DNA from: an uncultured Rickettsiales bacterium
GTDB taxonomy: Bacteria; Pseudomonadota; Alphaproteobacteria; Micavibrionales; GCA-2720935
Length of the DNA stretch: 64,000 nt
Reading direction: 5' to 3'
NCBI GenBank assembly: GCA_950054255.1
Contig: CATLOR010000003.1
Coordinates: 121,816 to 185,815, forward strand
Position 1 is the first letter of the stretch; every line of letters begins with the position of its first letter. Position numbers and translations under genes: made by a program. The notes beneath the pieces were generated by a model. The model did no database searches and was not told the origin of the DNA. It saw nothing but the letters and a program-made list of their open reading frames with translations. Below are positions 39,693 to 48,745 of the stretch, one piece after another.

Positions 39693-41327
39693 ATGATAGA
39701 AGATAAAAATACAGATAGCTTCCGCTGGCTTTGGATTGCCGTCGGTTGCTTTTTATTAAGCGCTATTTTTCTAGCCTACTACATTGATAAGGAACAAAAT
39801 ATATGGCTTTCAAAACTTTTCCAAACTCAAACTCAAAATTTTCTTGATAATAGTCTTACAAACAAAAATCTGAAGGCTCTTACAAATTTAATCACAAATC
39901 ATTCATATCATGATCTTCATATCAGCCTTTATAAAGGAGAGTCTCTTACTCCAGACACATTGATCGTTTCAAATATAAATAATGAGATTGCGACAGAGTT
40001 CTCTAATTATCCGACAAACTTGTCTTACATCAAAACTTTCACGTCAAAAAACAATGAAGTAAAAACAATAGCCTTAAAACCAGGGCTAACTTTTTTAAAA
40101 GAACAAAATAGAGCGTTACCAATTTTTATAATTATTGGGGGATTTGTCTTATCTATTTTTAGCTTTTTAAATCTTATCATCTTACGCAGGTCAAAGGTCA
40201 ATGCTGAATTAATCGCTTTTGAAAAGACAGCAGGCCTCTTAAGAAGTGAAGCCTATTTTAGAACCGCTATGGAAGCCTCCAGCATTGGTATGGCGATTGT
40301 TGGAACGGATGGAAGCTGGCTTAAAGTCAATTCTGCTCTTTGTCGCATATTAAAATACTCACCTAAAGAATTATTGAATATGGACTTCCAAACAATCACA
40401 CACCCAGATGACATTGATAAAGATTTGCAATTGGTGAATAAATTACTCAATGGCGATATGGATACGTATCAAATGGAAAAACGCTATTTTCGCAAAGATA
40501 AAAAAATTATATGGGCGTTATTATCTGTTGCAATTATACGTAATGATGATGGGACGCCTCGCCATTTCATCTCACAAATTCACGACATTACCACGGTTAA
40601 AAAAACACAAGAGAAATTACAAACAGCTAATGCGGAATTAGAAGAATTTTCTTACAGGACATCTCATGATTTAAGATCCCCTCTTGTGTCATCAATCACG
40701 CTTCTAGATATTGCTAAAAAATCTTTAGAGACCAATAAAATAGAAAAAACTCTTAAAAGTATTAATCTAACCCAAAATTCTTTAGTTAAACTAGAGGCTC
40801 TCGTGCAAGATATTCTTCTTTTAACACAGACAAAGAATATGCAAGAAGACCGAAAAGAAATTGATGTTTCTAATTTCATAGAAGAATCTCTGAAAAAGTT
40901 CTCTCATATGACAGATTTTGATCGTCTAGACATTCAAAAGAACCTACAATTCACAGACCCATTAAATGTTAAAGTAAGTCGCTTTAGGTTAATTATCGAG
41001 AACTTAATATCAAATGCCATAAAGTATCAAGACACTGAAAAAGAGCATTCTTTTATCAAAATCACCACACATGACGATAACCAATTTTTTATTCTAAGCA
41101 TTGAAGATAATGGATTAGGTATTCCCGAAAAACATCACAAACAACTTTTTTCTATGTTCAAACGGTTCCACACGAAAGTCGCATTTGGCTCTGGGCTAGG
41201 CTTATATATGGTGAAAAAAAGTGCAGATATTATTGATGCTGAATTAACATTTAAAGACTCAGGAAATGGGTGTATATTCGAATTAAAGTTACCTTTAAAC
41301 AGGAGGAAAGTAACGCATGAACATTAA
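39693..41327 (+). CDS. Sensor histidine kinase with PAS domain
   Basis: Two TM segments flanking a periplasmic region, a PAS domain (SIGMAIVGTDGSWLKVN), the H-box TSHDLRSPL, and HATPase motifs DNGLGIP and GSGLGL. Confidence 0.85.
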   Translation: MIEDKNTDSFRWLWIAVGCFLLSAIFLAYYIDKEQNIWLSKLFQTQTQNFLDNSLTNKNLKALTNLITNHSYHDLHISLYKGESLTPDTLIVSNINNEIATEFSNYPTNLSYIKTFTSKNNEVKTIALKPGLTFLKEQNRALPIFIIIGGFVLSIFSFLNLIILRRSKVNAELIAFEKTAGLLRSEAYFRTAMEASSIGMAIVGTDGSWLKVNSALCRILKYSPKELLNMDFQTITHPDDIDKDLQLVNKLLNGDMDTYQMEKRYFRKDKKIIWALLSVAIIRNDDGTPRHFISQIHDITTVKKTQEKLQTANAELEEFSYRTSHDLRSPLVSSITLLDIAKKSLETNKIEKTLKSINLTQNSLVKLEALVQDILLLTQTKNMQEDRKEIDVSNFIEESLKKFSHMTDFDRLDIQKNLQFTDPLNVKVSRFRLIIENLISNAIKYQDTEKEHSFIKITTHDDNQFFILSIEDNGLGIPEKHHKQLFSMFKRFHTKVAFGSGLGLYMVKKSADIIDAELTFKDSGNGCIFELKLPLNRRKVTHEH

Positions 41328-41700
41328 ACAAGTTTTAATCATTGATGATTCTGATGCTGATCAATTTATGGCCGCAGAAGCGATTGAAGAATTCGACCTT
41401 CAAATAGAAATTCTCCAAGCTTTTGACGGACAGGAGGCCTTGGAATTGTTAGACACGCTCGAAAAACAGCCCGATCTCATATTCCTAGATATCAATATGC
41501 CTCGTTTAAATGGTTTTGAATTTCTTGCTGAATATAGCACGAAAGAAGATCGCACATCGATCGTTGTCATGCTCACCTCTTCAAACCAAGAAAAGGATAA
41601 AGAAACAGCACGCTCCTATGGATGTGTAAAAGGCTATATAGAAAAACCCCTCATCATTCAAAAAATAGAAGAGATAACAAAAGCTCTCGAAACCCTCTAA
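41317..41700 (+). CDS. Single-domain response regulator (CheY-like receiver)
   Basis: 127 aa. Acidic DDSDAD pocket, phospho-acceptor in LIFLDINMP, and a conserved T/K (MLTSS..EKP). Overlaps the kinase gene by 11 nt. Confidence 0.85.
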   Translation: MNIKQVLIIDDSDADQFMAAEAIEEFDLQIEILQAFDGQEALELLDTLEKQPDLIFLDINMPRLNGFEFLAEYSTKEDRTSIVVMLTSSNQEKDKETARSYGCVKGYIEKPLIIQKIEEITKALETL

Positions 41701-41843
41701 GCTTGTAACCAACCTTAAAACTATACAAAAACACTTAAAAAAATTGGTTGTGTATGTGTGATATTTTCCCTGCCAAAAAAATGATGCATACCTCTATTTC
41801 ATAGCGTCAAAATAAAGAGGTCAAAAGAGAAAAAATTTTCTCT

Positions 41844-42431
41844 CTATTCGTCCGCAACAAACTCCATCTTTTCAGGATAAAGATCCTTGGATGGCAGCAT
41901 ATACATCCGCGTTTTAACACTGAAAAAATTTGGCCCCGAACAATATGTACCGCTAATCTCACGTGCGATGGTTGTCAGGGTTCTATATTTGCGCCTGCTG
42001 TACTCGTAATATCCTTGACGGCAATAAACCACATATACCTCTCCATGATATTCCCGCTCAAGAACGGTTCCAGGGATAAGTTTTGTAATCGCGCCTCTCG
42101 AGCTATTTTTTAATGCATCACTATTAAAGTCGATAGGATGGATGTGTCGCGGCAAATGCATATCAGGATTAATCGGCTTCTTCGATTCCTCATGATATTT
42201 TTCCATGATTTTCATCACGATTTGGTCAAAGGTAAAGTTGATGGAACAATCCTCACCGAATTCCATTTTATAATCATGGCGCACCTGTTTCATGCTGGAC
42301 AATCTCAGTCGCGCATATTGCTTGATCAGATACAAATCATCTTCATCTTGACCTTCCGAGCGTGGTTCTTGAAACCCTTGAAGCGTTTCCAGCCATTGGC
42401 TCAAATTAAATCTTAATCTGTCGTTACTCAT
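41844..42431 (-). CDS. DUF2924-like protein, paralogue 2
   Basis: The C-terminus GTVLEREYHGEVYVVYCRQGYYEYSRRKYRTLTTIAREISGTYCSGPNFFSVK matches the DUF2924 pattern (G-T-x-L-x-R-x-(Y/W)-x-G..Y-x-S-L-(S/T)-x-I-A-x-x-I-(S/T)-G-x-x-x-(N/S)-G-x-x-F-F). The preferred start MSNDRL forms an ATGAGTAA overlap with the upstream paralogue. The track ORF extends to 42617. Confidence 0.55.
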   Translation of the reverse strand: MSNDRLRFNLSQWLETLQGFQEPRSEGQDEDDLYLIKQYARLRLSSMKQVRHDYKMEFGEDCSINFTFDQIVMKIMEKYHEESKKPINPDMHLPRHIHPIDFNSDALKNSSRGAITKLIPGTVLEREYHGEVYVVYCRQGYYEYSRRKYRTLTTIAREISGTYCSGPNFFSVKTRMYMLPSKDLYPEKMEFVADE

Positions 42432-42972
42432 CAGCGCCTCCATACGTAATGGTGGTCTTTGATTTGAAAAACCGGACGCCAGAACAATTCGTTTGAGAAA
42501 TATGCCGCGCCACGGCAGTGATATTCTTGAACTTGATATTCCTGTAAGAAAACCCACCGTTGATACATTCAATGATGTGATCCTCGCCTTTGTATCTTTT
42601 CGTGATGATCGTGCCATCTGGGAACTTTGTGTTTGAGCCTTGGGATGCCTTTTCCAAAGGATTGTTTGGTTCGCCCTTGGTATAATGATCCATTAATCGG
42701 CTGATTATGGCTTCTCGGTAAATATTGTGCGGACAGGACTTCTTAAAGATGTGCTTATATTCTGCGCGCAGCAAATCCACATCGCACAGACGCAGCCGCG
42801 CATATTGCCGTACCAGATACAAATCCAAGCTCTGCGGCTGGCTATCAGCCAGTAAATGCGATAAAAATTGCCATGTTTGATCTTCTTTCATAAAACTACC
42901 TCCTGAAGGCATACACGCTTCAGAACCGTTCTTTATCAAGTTGTTTTCTCTGTATTTCTTCTCTTTCGACAT
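42424..42972 (-). CDS. DUF2924-like protein, paralogue 1
   Basis: GTIITKRYKGEDHIIECINGGFSYRNIKFKNITAVARHISQTNCSGVRFFKSK, plus a shared LYL(V/I)(R/K)QYARLRL motif. The preferred start MSKEKK has an AGGAA RBS. Confidence 0.55.
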   Translation of the reverse strand: MSKEKKYRENNLIKNGSEACMPSGGSFMKEDQTWQFLSHLLADSQPQSLDLYLVRQYARLRLCDVDLLRAEYKHIFKKSCPHNIYREAIISRLMDHYTKGEPNNPLEKASQGSNTKFPDGTIITKRYKGEDHIIECINGGFSYRNIKFKNITAVARHISQTNCSGVRFFKSKTTITYGGADE

Positions 42973-43344
42973 TTCATAATTTCCTTTCGGTTTTGCCTGT
43001 ATTGAATAGGTCTGCAAACCTCTCCAAAAACGACGACGTAAATTGCAACTTTCTTGTCGTTATTTTTCTGGTACGGGGTTTGCTCGCAAAAAACCGATGG
43101 AATGTGAAAAAATTTGATTTTGTTTAAAATGAACCAGATTTAGGTAGTATTAGTCCCCTTAGAGCGACCAAAATAAACAGAAAGCGCCCCCGAAGAGGAC
43201 GCTTTTTGTATCTGACATTTAATTGGTTTGGCTGTTGTTCTAGTCTTCTGCCTTATTAAATGTATCTATGTATCTGATTATGTGTGTAAGCGATACCCCG
43301 AAACGAACTCTTGAACTATTGCCCTTCGCGAACAGAAATATGAC

Positions 43345-43707
43345 CTAACGAATATCGAGATTTTCGTCAATTTCTGGATCAGGATCATCCCACGATCCAG
43401 TGCATTGTTCGTAATAATCAACATGCTTTTGGAAGCGCGGATCTTCACCTTGAATGAAATAAGTATAAAGACGATTTACTATTTTCTTCATTAGAGACTT
43501 CATCTCAGGGTTTGTAATTCTAAAGGCTTCGTTCCAAGGAATCTCGTTCCCTTCGGCGTCAATGATTTTAACATCTGAATAATCACCAACTTTTGTCACA
43601 GGTGTTGTGCCAGCATGAATATTTTCAAGTTCAGTATGACGTACACACATCGCTGTTAGCGTTTTAGCAAATCTACCTGCCATTTTTTGTTCTGTTTTTG
43701 AATTCAT
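43345..43707 (-). CDS. Hypothetical 120-aa protein, last gene of the minus-strand trio
   Basis: ORF with a 3-nt gap to the upstream AlbA_2 gene. I recognised no family. Confidence 0.35.
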   Translation of the reverse strand: MNSKTEQKMAGRFAKTLTAMCVRHTELENIHAGTTPVTKVGDYSDVKIIDAEGNEIPWNEAFRITNPEMKSLMKKIVNRLYTYFIQGEDPRFQKHVDYYEQCTGSWDDPDPEIDENLDIR

Positions 43708-43710
43708 AGC

Positions 43711-44328
43711 TTACTCATCGTCTGTTTTAAAATTATTGTACTCTTTTGTTGTGAGAGATCTTGTGGCGTTTCCATCCCTAATATAAAAATCGCCCCTCTG
43801 GTTTGTGAATACATGCTTTGCTGATTTCTCAATCTCAATTCTTAGGACTTCTTTATCATCCACCCGCTCAAACTTTATGCGGTACAGTCGATCAACTGCG
43901 CCATCTATATTGCTTCGGATTGCGCTCCTTAGGGCTAACTCAAACTTATCTTTGTTACGCTCACGTTTAATTAGGGTCTCTATTCCAACTACAGTGGAGT
44001 TATCGGCAACTCCCAATATAATTTCACCGCCGTCAGAGTTTGCAAAAGCGACAATGGTCTTAACCAGACCATCGTAAGGGGATTTTCTTTTGCTGTCCTC
44101 ACTAAGCGTTTCTTTAAATTCTAATCGGCCATGCTCCTTCTCGTTTAGAAGTTCTTGAATGTCACGCCATGGCTTTTCTCCTTTTGGGAATTGTTTGTCA
44201 CCGATTAAATAGCCAGCTCCAGCTGCTAGTAATGCCGGTACCCATCCACCTAAAGGCAGTGCTACCAATGCCAGCCCTGCCGATATGCTGCCGACTTTAA
44301 TTTTTCTATCCATATTACGTTGCTCCAT
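43711..44328 (-). CDS. Membrane-anchored AlbA_2 (Schlafen-like, divergent-AAA) domain protein
   Basis: N-terminal hydrophobic segments (GSISAGLALVALPLGGWVPALLAAGAGYLIG), then LEFKETLS..IVAFANSDGGEIILGV, which is typical of AlbA_2. Confidence 0.6.
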   Translation of the reverse strand: MEQRNMDRKIKVGSISAGLALVALPLGGWVPALLAAGAGYLIGDKQFPKGEKPWRDIQELLNEKEHGRLEFKETLSEDSKRKSPYDGLVKTIVAFANSDGGEIILGVADNSTVVGIETLIKRERNKDKFELALRSAIRSNIDGAVDRLYRIKFERVDDKEVLRIEIEKSAKHVFTNQRGDFYIRDGNATRSLTTKEYNNFKTDDE

Positions 44329-45802
44329 ATTTTCTTAGTACATCCAATAGTAAAACCATCGCATAAGTATCCTGCTTACAATATTCGATAAGGTTGTCCC
44401 ATAAGGCTGGTTGTTCAGTTTCTGGCAAGATTCCATTTATGAACGCATTGTATTGCAGCATAGCATCACCACCGTGAGATATTTCTAGATCATCATAGCT
44501 GAGATCAGTAAAAGCAGGTAATACGGCTTTAATCGATGCTGAGCTTTTTTGGTTTGGATTATAGAGCCAGCGTTTTCTAAATGGCTCGAGCAAATCAATT
44601 ACCCTAGAATTAATGGCGTTTAAGGCAGGTGCATATTCAGGAAAATCACTGGCCAGATCATTGTTGCGGGCAATCTCAAAAGACTGGTTATAAACTATGA
44701 CGTGACCGTCCACGCCACATAGCTCGATAAGTTTCTCAGCAAAAAGTCGGCGCGGGTCGGTCTGCTCTTTATGCAAATATTCATGATGCACCAATTCTGC
44801 GTCTGGACTTTCTTGTATATGAACGGAGAATTGAAACGGTATCTGTTGATATGGCCTCGTTCCATCAAAAAGAGGAATGGCTGGATTAATCGTCTCATAA
44901 TCCAAAAAATACAGCGGATATTGTAGATGGTCTAGAAAGCCTTTTACGTTGGCGCGATCAATGATGGTCTCCCCGCTTAAATAGCTTTCGACATCCAAAC
45001 TCTTTACACCGCCCGGGCGAATATGATCAGGTAGTTTTTCAATAGCTACACCGTGCTGACGCGACAGATCTTCGGCTTTCTTCTTTTGAAAGACATCATA
45101 CACAGAATAATCCGGTACATGCTTCCAGCAATGATCACGGTAATCACACTCAAACGGTGCGAAACACCGCGCACCGATTGATACGTCTGGCTCTTTTTTG
45201 CGCTCGAGAACATAGCCAAGCTGTCCAGCGACAGCCTCAACTTCAGCTTGCCTAGAAAAGACGTCACCAGATATATCTTCAAGTTTAAACAAAAGCTTTG
45301 GATCAATATCCCCAGCGCGGATATAGCTATTATCCAACACCATCATAAAGCACTTGCGGATTTTGTACCCAGCGCCGTTAAAGACATGATATTGAAACGC
45401 CATGTCATCGAGGTGATAATCTTTGACACTGGTAGAGCTTTTAACCTCGATCAAATCCCATTCATTACTCCCGCTGACGCGCTTTAAAATGTCAATGCGG
45501 GAATAGCCACCATCAATCGGGTGCATTGCTGTAGCTTCAAAAATAATATCATGACCGTCTTTGATAAATTGCTGTGTAGATTCAATCGCGCCTTTCACAT
45601 CCCAATAGGCATTTTTGACCTCAGCCCCACCGTCAAAATAGGACATAGCCAGCGCACCAATCTCATTCCCCGCATCAAACCGCGCTTGCGTCTGCGCATC
45701 AATCTCTGGGGCAAGGTCTTTACGATGGCGATACAACCACAAAGCCTTCGGGCATTGAAGACCCTTTACGTACTGAGATTTTGAGATTGTATGCTTATCC
45801 AT
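44315..45802 (-). CDS. DUF2779-like protein: Cas4/RecB-type nuclease with Cys cluster plus DnaQ-like exonuclease region
   Basis: N-terminal ISKSQYVKGLQCPKALWLY, a Cys triad CFAPFECDYRDHCW, then YFLDYETINPAIP (DxE) and CKQDTYAMV (late Asp). Confidence 0.55.
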   Translation of the reverse strand: MDKHTISKSQYVKGLQCPKALWLYRHRKDLAPEIDAQTQARFDAGNEIGALAMSYFDGGAEVKNAYWDVKGAIESTQQFIKDGHDIIFEATAMHPIDGGYSRIDILKRVSGSNEWDLIEVKSSTSVKDYHLDDMAFQYHVFNGAGYKIRKCFMMVLDNSYIRAGDIDPKLLFKLEDISGDVFSRQAEVEAVAGQLGYVLERKKEPDVSIGARCFAPFECDYRDHCWKHVPDYSVYDVFQKKKAEDLSRQHGVAIEKLPDHIRPGGVKSLDVESYLSGETIIDRANVKGFLDHLQYPLYFLDYETINPAIPLFDGTRPYQQIPFQFSVHIQESPDAELVHHEYLHKEQTDPRRLFAEKLIELCGVDGHVIVYNQSFEIARNNDLASDFPEYAPALNAINSRVIDLLEPFRKRWLYNPNQKSSASIKAVLPAFTDLSYDDLEISHGGDAMLQYNAFINGILPETEQPALWDNLIEYCKQDTYAMVLLLDVLRKYGAT

Positions 45803-45883
45803 GAATAGAAAGTTACTTGATTATTCTTAAATTTTCCACTATTTTCTCATTACTACCCATTTACACCAAAGATCAGGAAAGTC

Positions 45884-46075
45884 ATGGATAACGACATAAT
45901 GACAATGAAAGAGGTCGCTGAGTACCTCAAATTAAATGAAAAGACAGCCTATCGTTTAACCTCAGACGGTAAGCTTCCAGCATTTAAAGTTGGCGGTAGC
46001 TGGCGTTTTCGTAAATCAGAGATTGACGAATGGACAAAAAAGCAAAGCAATATGCAGAACCAGCAGGATAAATAG
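45884..46075 (+). CDS. Excisionase/MerR-type helix-turn-helix DNA-binding protein
   Basis: 63 aa. MTMKEVAEYLKLNEKTAYRLTSDGKLPAFKVGGSWRFRKSEIDEW fits the HTH_17 pattern. Confidence 0.7.
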   Translation: MDNDIMTMKEVAEYLKLNEKTAYRLTSDGKLPAFKVGGSWRFRKSEIDEWTKKQSNMQNQQDK

Positions 46076-46078
46076 ACC

Positions 46079-48745
46079 ATGAGAATAGCGCAGATCGAAA
46101 AAAATCTTTCAGAACTGGTGAAAAGCATTTCACCAGATGAATTTGTTTACGATCTCTTGCTGGCTTACGGCACGCCAAAAACGACTGTCACGTTGCTTAA
46201 AAAGGGTAATCGAAACCTTTCCAAAAAAGACGGACAAATCATCCTTAAGCGCAAATTATTCTTTCAAGAAACACAAGAGCAAGATCTGCACGGTCTGATT
46301 GACAGCTTAAAAAATGATGATGCCACCCACCGCCATGACCCACGCTTTATTGTGGTAACGGATTATAAAACCTTACTAGCCATTGATACAAAAACGGATG
46401 ACACGCTCGATATAAAAGTTAACGAGATTAACAAACACCCGTTCTTTTTCGGGCCGTGGGCAAAAATTGAGAAAAACACCCATTACAACGAGCAAGAAGC
46501 CGATGTTAAAGCCGCCGAGAAGATGGCGAAGATCTATGATGAGATTTTAAAAGATAACGCATTTGAAACAAAAGAAGATCTACATGGCCTTAATATTTTC
46601 CTCTCGCGCCTGTTATTCTGTTTCTTTGCTGAAGATACAGGTATTTTTAGAGGCGAGAATGTTTTCACAAACTATGTCAGCACTTCTCAAGAAGACGGTA
46701 GCGATCTTGATGATTACTTGAACAAACTGTTCGAGGTCTTAAACACTGCCGATCATTCCGCTTATCCCGATTACCTCTCAAAATTCCCGTACGTAAATGG
46801 CGGATTATTTGGTGATCGATATTTCGCACCAAAATTCTCGCGTAAAGCACGCCGCATGATTATCGAATGTGGTGAGCTGGACTGGGCAACCATCAACCCT
46901 GATATTTTCGGGTCAATGTTCCAAGCTGTGGTTCATACAGACCAGCGCAGTAGCATGGGGCAGCATTACACCTCCGTACCGAATATCATGAAAGTGATTG
47001 AGCCACTTTTCCTAAACGAGCTGCGTGAAGAGTTTGATAAATATTACGAGAATCAGAAAAAACTGGAACAGCTTCTTGCTCGCCTTGAAAAACTCCGCAT
47101 CTTTGACCCGGCTTGTGGATCGGGTAATTTTCTAATTATTGCCTATAAGGAAATCCGCGAACTGGAGATGGAGATATTCCAGCGCATTCAGGAGGTAACA
47201 ACCAACCCATCACTGCCGTTCTCCCGTATTCAGCTTTCACAATTTTACGGGATTGAGCTGGATGATTTCGCGCATGAAGTTGCCATTCTTTCCTTGTGGC
47301 TAACCGAACACCAAATGAATGTGAAATTTGAGGAAGTCTTTGGTCAGACAAACCCAACGTTGCCATTGAAAGAAGGTGGAAACATCGTTTGTGACAACGC
47401 TACCCGCATTTCATGGGAAGACGTATGTCCAAAAGATAAAAATGCTGAAATTTATATCTTAGGCAATCCGCCTTACCAAGGAGCAAGAAGGCAAGATGAG
47501 CAGCAAAAGGCTGATTTGTCGCATGTGTTTTCAGAGTTTAAAACATACAAAAACCTTGATTATATATCCTGCTGGTTTTGGCTTGGTGCGGAGTACATTC
47601 AAGGAAATAACAGTAAAATCGGCTTAGTAAGTACCAACTCAATATGTCAGGGGGAACAGGTTTCTTTGTTGTGGCCTTTTATATTTAATAAAGAGGTTGA
47701 AATTGGGTTTTGTCACCAATCTTTTAAGTGGACAAATAACGCAAGAAACAACGCAGGAGTAACTTGCGTGATCGTTGGTTTGCAAAGCCAAAAAGAGAAA
47801 CTGAAGGAAATATATTCCGATGGTATTTGCAAAAAAGTTAAATCAATCAATGCTTACCTCACAGAAGGAAACCAGACTATTGTTGGAAGACGCAACAAGC
47901 CATTGTCTAGCAACCTAAATCATATGCCAAAAGGTAATATGCCGTACGATGGTGGGCATTTAATTTTAGATGAAACAGAAAAAAATGATCTAATATCCAA
48001 CTATCCTACTGCTAAAAAGTTTATAAAAAAGTTGGTTGGGGCAAAAGAATTTATACATTCATTAAAACGTTACTGTCTTTGGATTGAAGATAATTCTTTA
48101 AATGAAGCACTTGCAATAAGCCCCATAAAAGAACGTATTGAGAAAGTTAAAAAAATGCGTTTGGATAGTTCTGATACTGCTGCAAACAGATTGGCAGAAA
48201 GAGCGCATCAATTTAGAGAGATAAATCAGACAAAAACAAGCTCTATTGTAGTTCCATCTGCAACATCGGAGCGTAGAAAATATATCCCGATGGGCTTTGT
48301 GAATGATGATACTATCGTTAGTAATCTTGCCTTTGTTATTTATGATGCTGAACCGTATTTGTTTGGTATTCTTTCATCAAAAATTCACCTTGCGTGGGTT
48401 AAAAGCGTTTCAGGGCAGCTAGAAACTCGAATCAGATATTCGTCTGCCCTATGTTACAACACATTCCCTGTGCCAGATCTCACAGAAAAGCAAAAAGAAA
48501 CGATTACCACGCATGTTTACAATGTGCTGGAAGAGCGTGAAAAACATTCCGAAAAAACAATGGCGGAGCTGTATGACCCCGACAAAATGCCGGACGGGTT
48601 AAGAGAGGCACACCACCACCTCGACCTCGCCGTTGAGCGTTGCTATCGCTCAAAACCATTCACCAGCGATGAAGAACGCCTTGAATACCTTTTCAAACTC
48701 TACGAAGACATGACCGCCAAAGAAAAATCAGGAGGTCTGCTTTGA
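46079..48745 (+). CDS. MmeI-family (type IIL/IIG-like, YeeA-like) N6-adenine DNA methyltransferase
   Basis: 888 aa. SAM motif DPACGSGNF (47105-47131) and catalytic NPPY (47465-47476). LDYISCWFW..VSTNSICQGEQVSLLW is typical of MmeI/YeeA-like enzymes. N-terminal D95-x7-D103-T-K105 may be a PD-(D/E)XK motif. Confidence 0.8.
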   Translation: MRIAQIEKNLSELVKSISPDEFVYDLLLAYGTPKTTVTLLKKGNRNLSKKDGQIILKRKLFFQETQEQDLHGLIDSLKNDDATHRHDPRFIVVTDYKTLLAIDTKTDDTLDIKVNEINKHPFFFGPWAKIEKNTHYNEQEADVKAAEKMAKIYDEILKDNAFETKEDLHGLNIFLSRLLFCFFAEDTGIFRGENVFTNYVSTSQEDGSDLDDYLNKLFEVLNTADHSAYPDYLSKFPYVNGGLFGDRYFAPKFSRKARRMIIECGELDWATINPDIFGSMFQAVVHTDQRSSMGQHYTSVPNIMKVIEPLFLNELREEFDKYYENQKKLEQLLARLEKLRIFDPACGSGNFLIIAYKEIRELEMEIFQRIQEVTTNPSLPFSRIQLSQFYGIELDDFAHEVAILSLWLTEHQMNVKFEEVFGQTNPTLPLKEGGNIVCDNATRISWEDVCPKDKNAEIYILGNPPYQGARRQDEQQKADLSHVFSEFKTYKNLDYISCWFWLGAEYIQGNNSKIGLVSTNSICQGEQVSLLWPFIFNKEVEIGFCHQSFKWTNNARNNAGVTCVIVGLQSQKEKLKEIYSDGICKKVKSINAYLTEGNQTIVGRRNKPLSSNLNHMPKGNMPYDGGHLILDETEKNDLISNYPTAKKFIKKLVGAKEFIHSLKRYCLWIEDNSLNEALAISPIKERIEKVKKMRLDSSDTAANRLAERAHQFREINQTKTSSIVVPSATSERRKYIPMGFVNDDTIVSNLAFVIYDAEPYLFGILSSKIHLAWVKSVSGQLETRIRYSSALCYNTFPVPDLTEKQKETITTHVYNVLEEREKHSEKTMAELYDPDKMPDGLREAHHHLDLAVERCYRSKPFTSDEERLEYLFKLYEDMTAKEKSGGLL

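Noticed and set aside
42432-42617. N-terminal extension of the second DUF2924-like ORF, overlapping the first paralogue by 194 nt.
   Set aside because: The extension is out of frame over the upstream gene's conserved C-terminal block. An ATGAGTAA coupled start at 42431 gives a protein colinear with its paralogue.
43184-43210. Candidate rho-independent terminator AGCGCCCCCGAAGAGGACGCTTTTT.
   Set aside because: The stem has two mismatches when paired as written. The T-run is on the plus strand while both neighbouring genes are on the minus strand. I kept it only as a note within the spacer finding.
43300-43325. GAACTCTTGAACT direct repeat resembling an SOS half-site pair.
   Set aside because: The spacing is GAAC-N4-GAAC, not the N7 of the alphaproteobacterial LexA operator.
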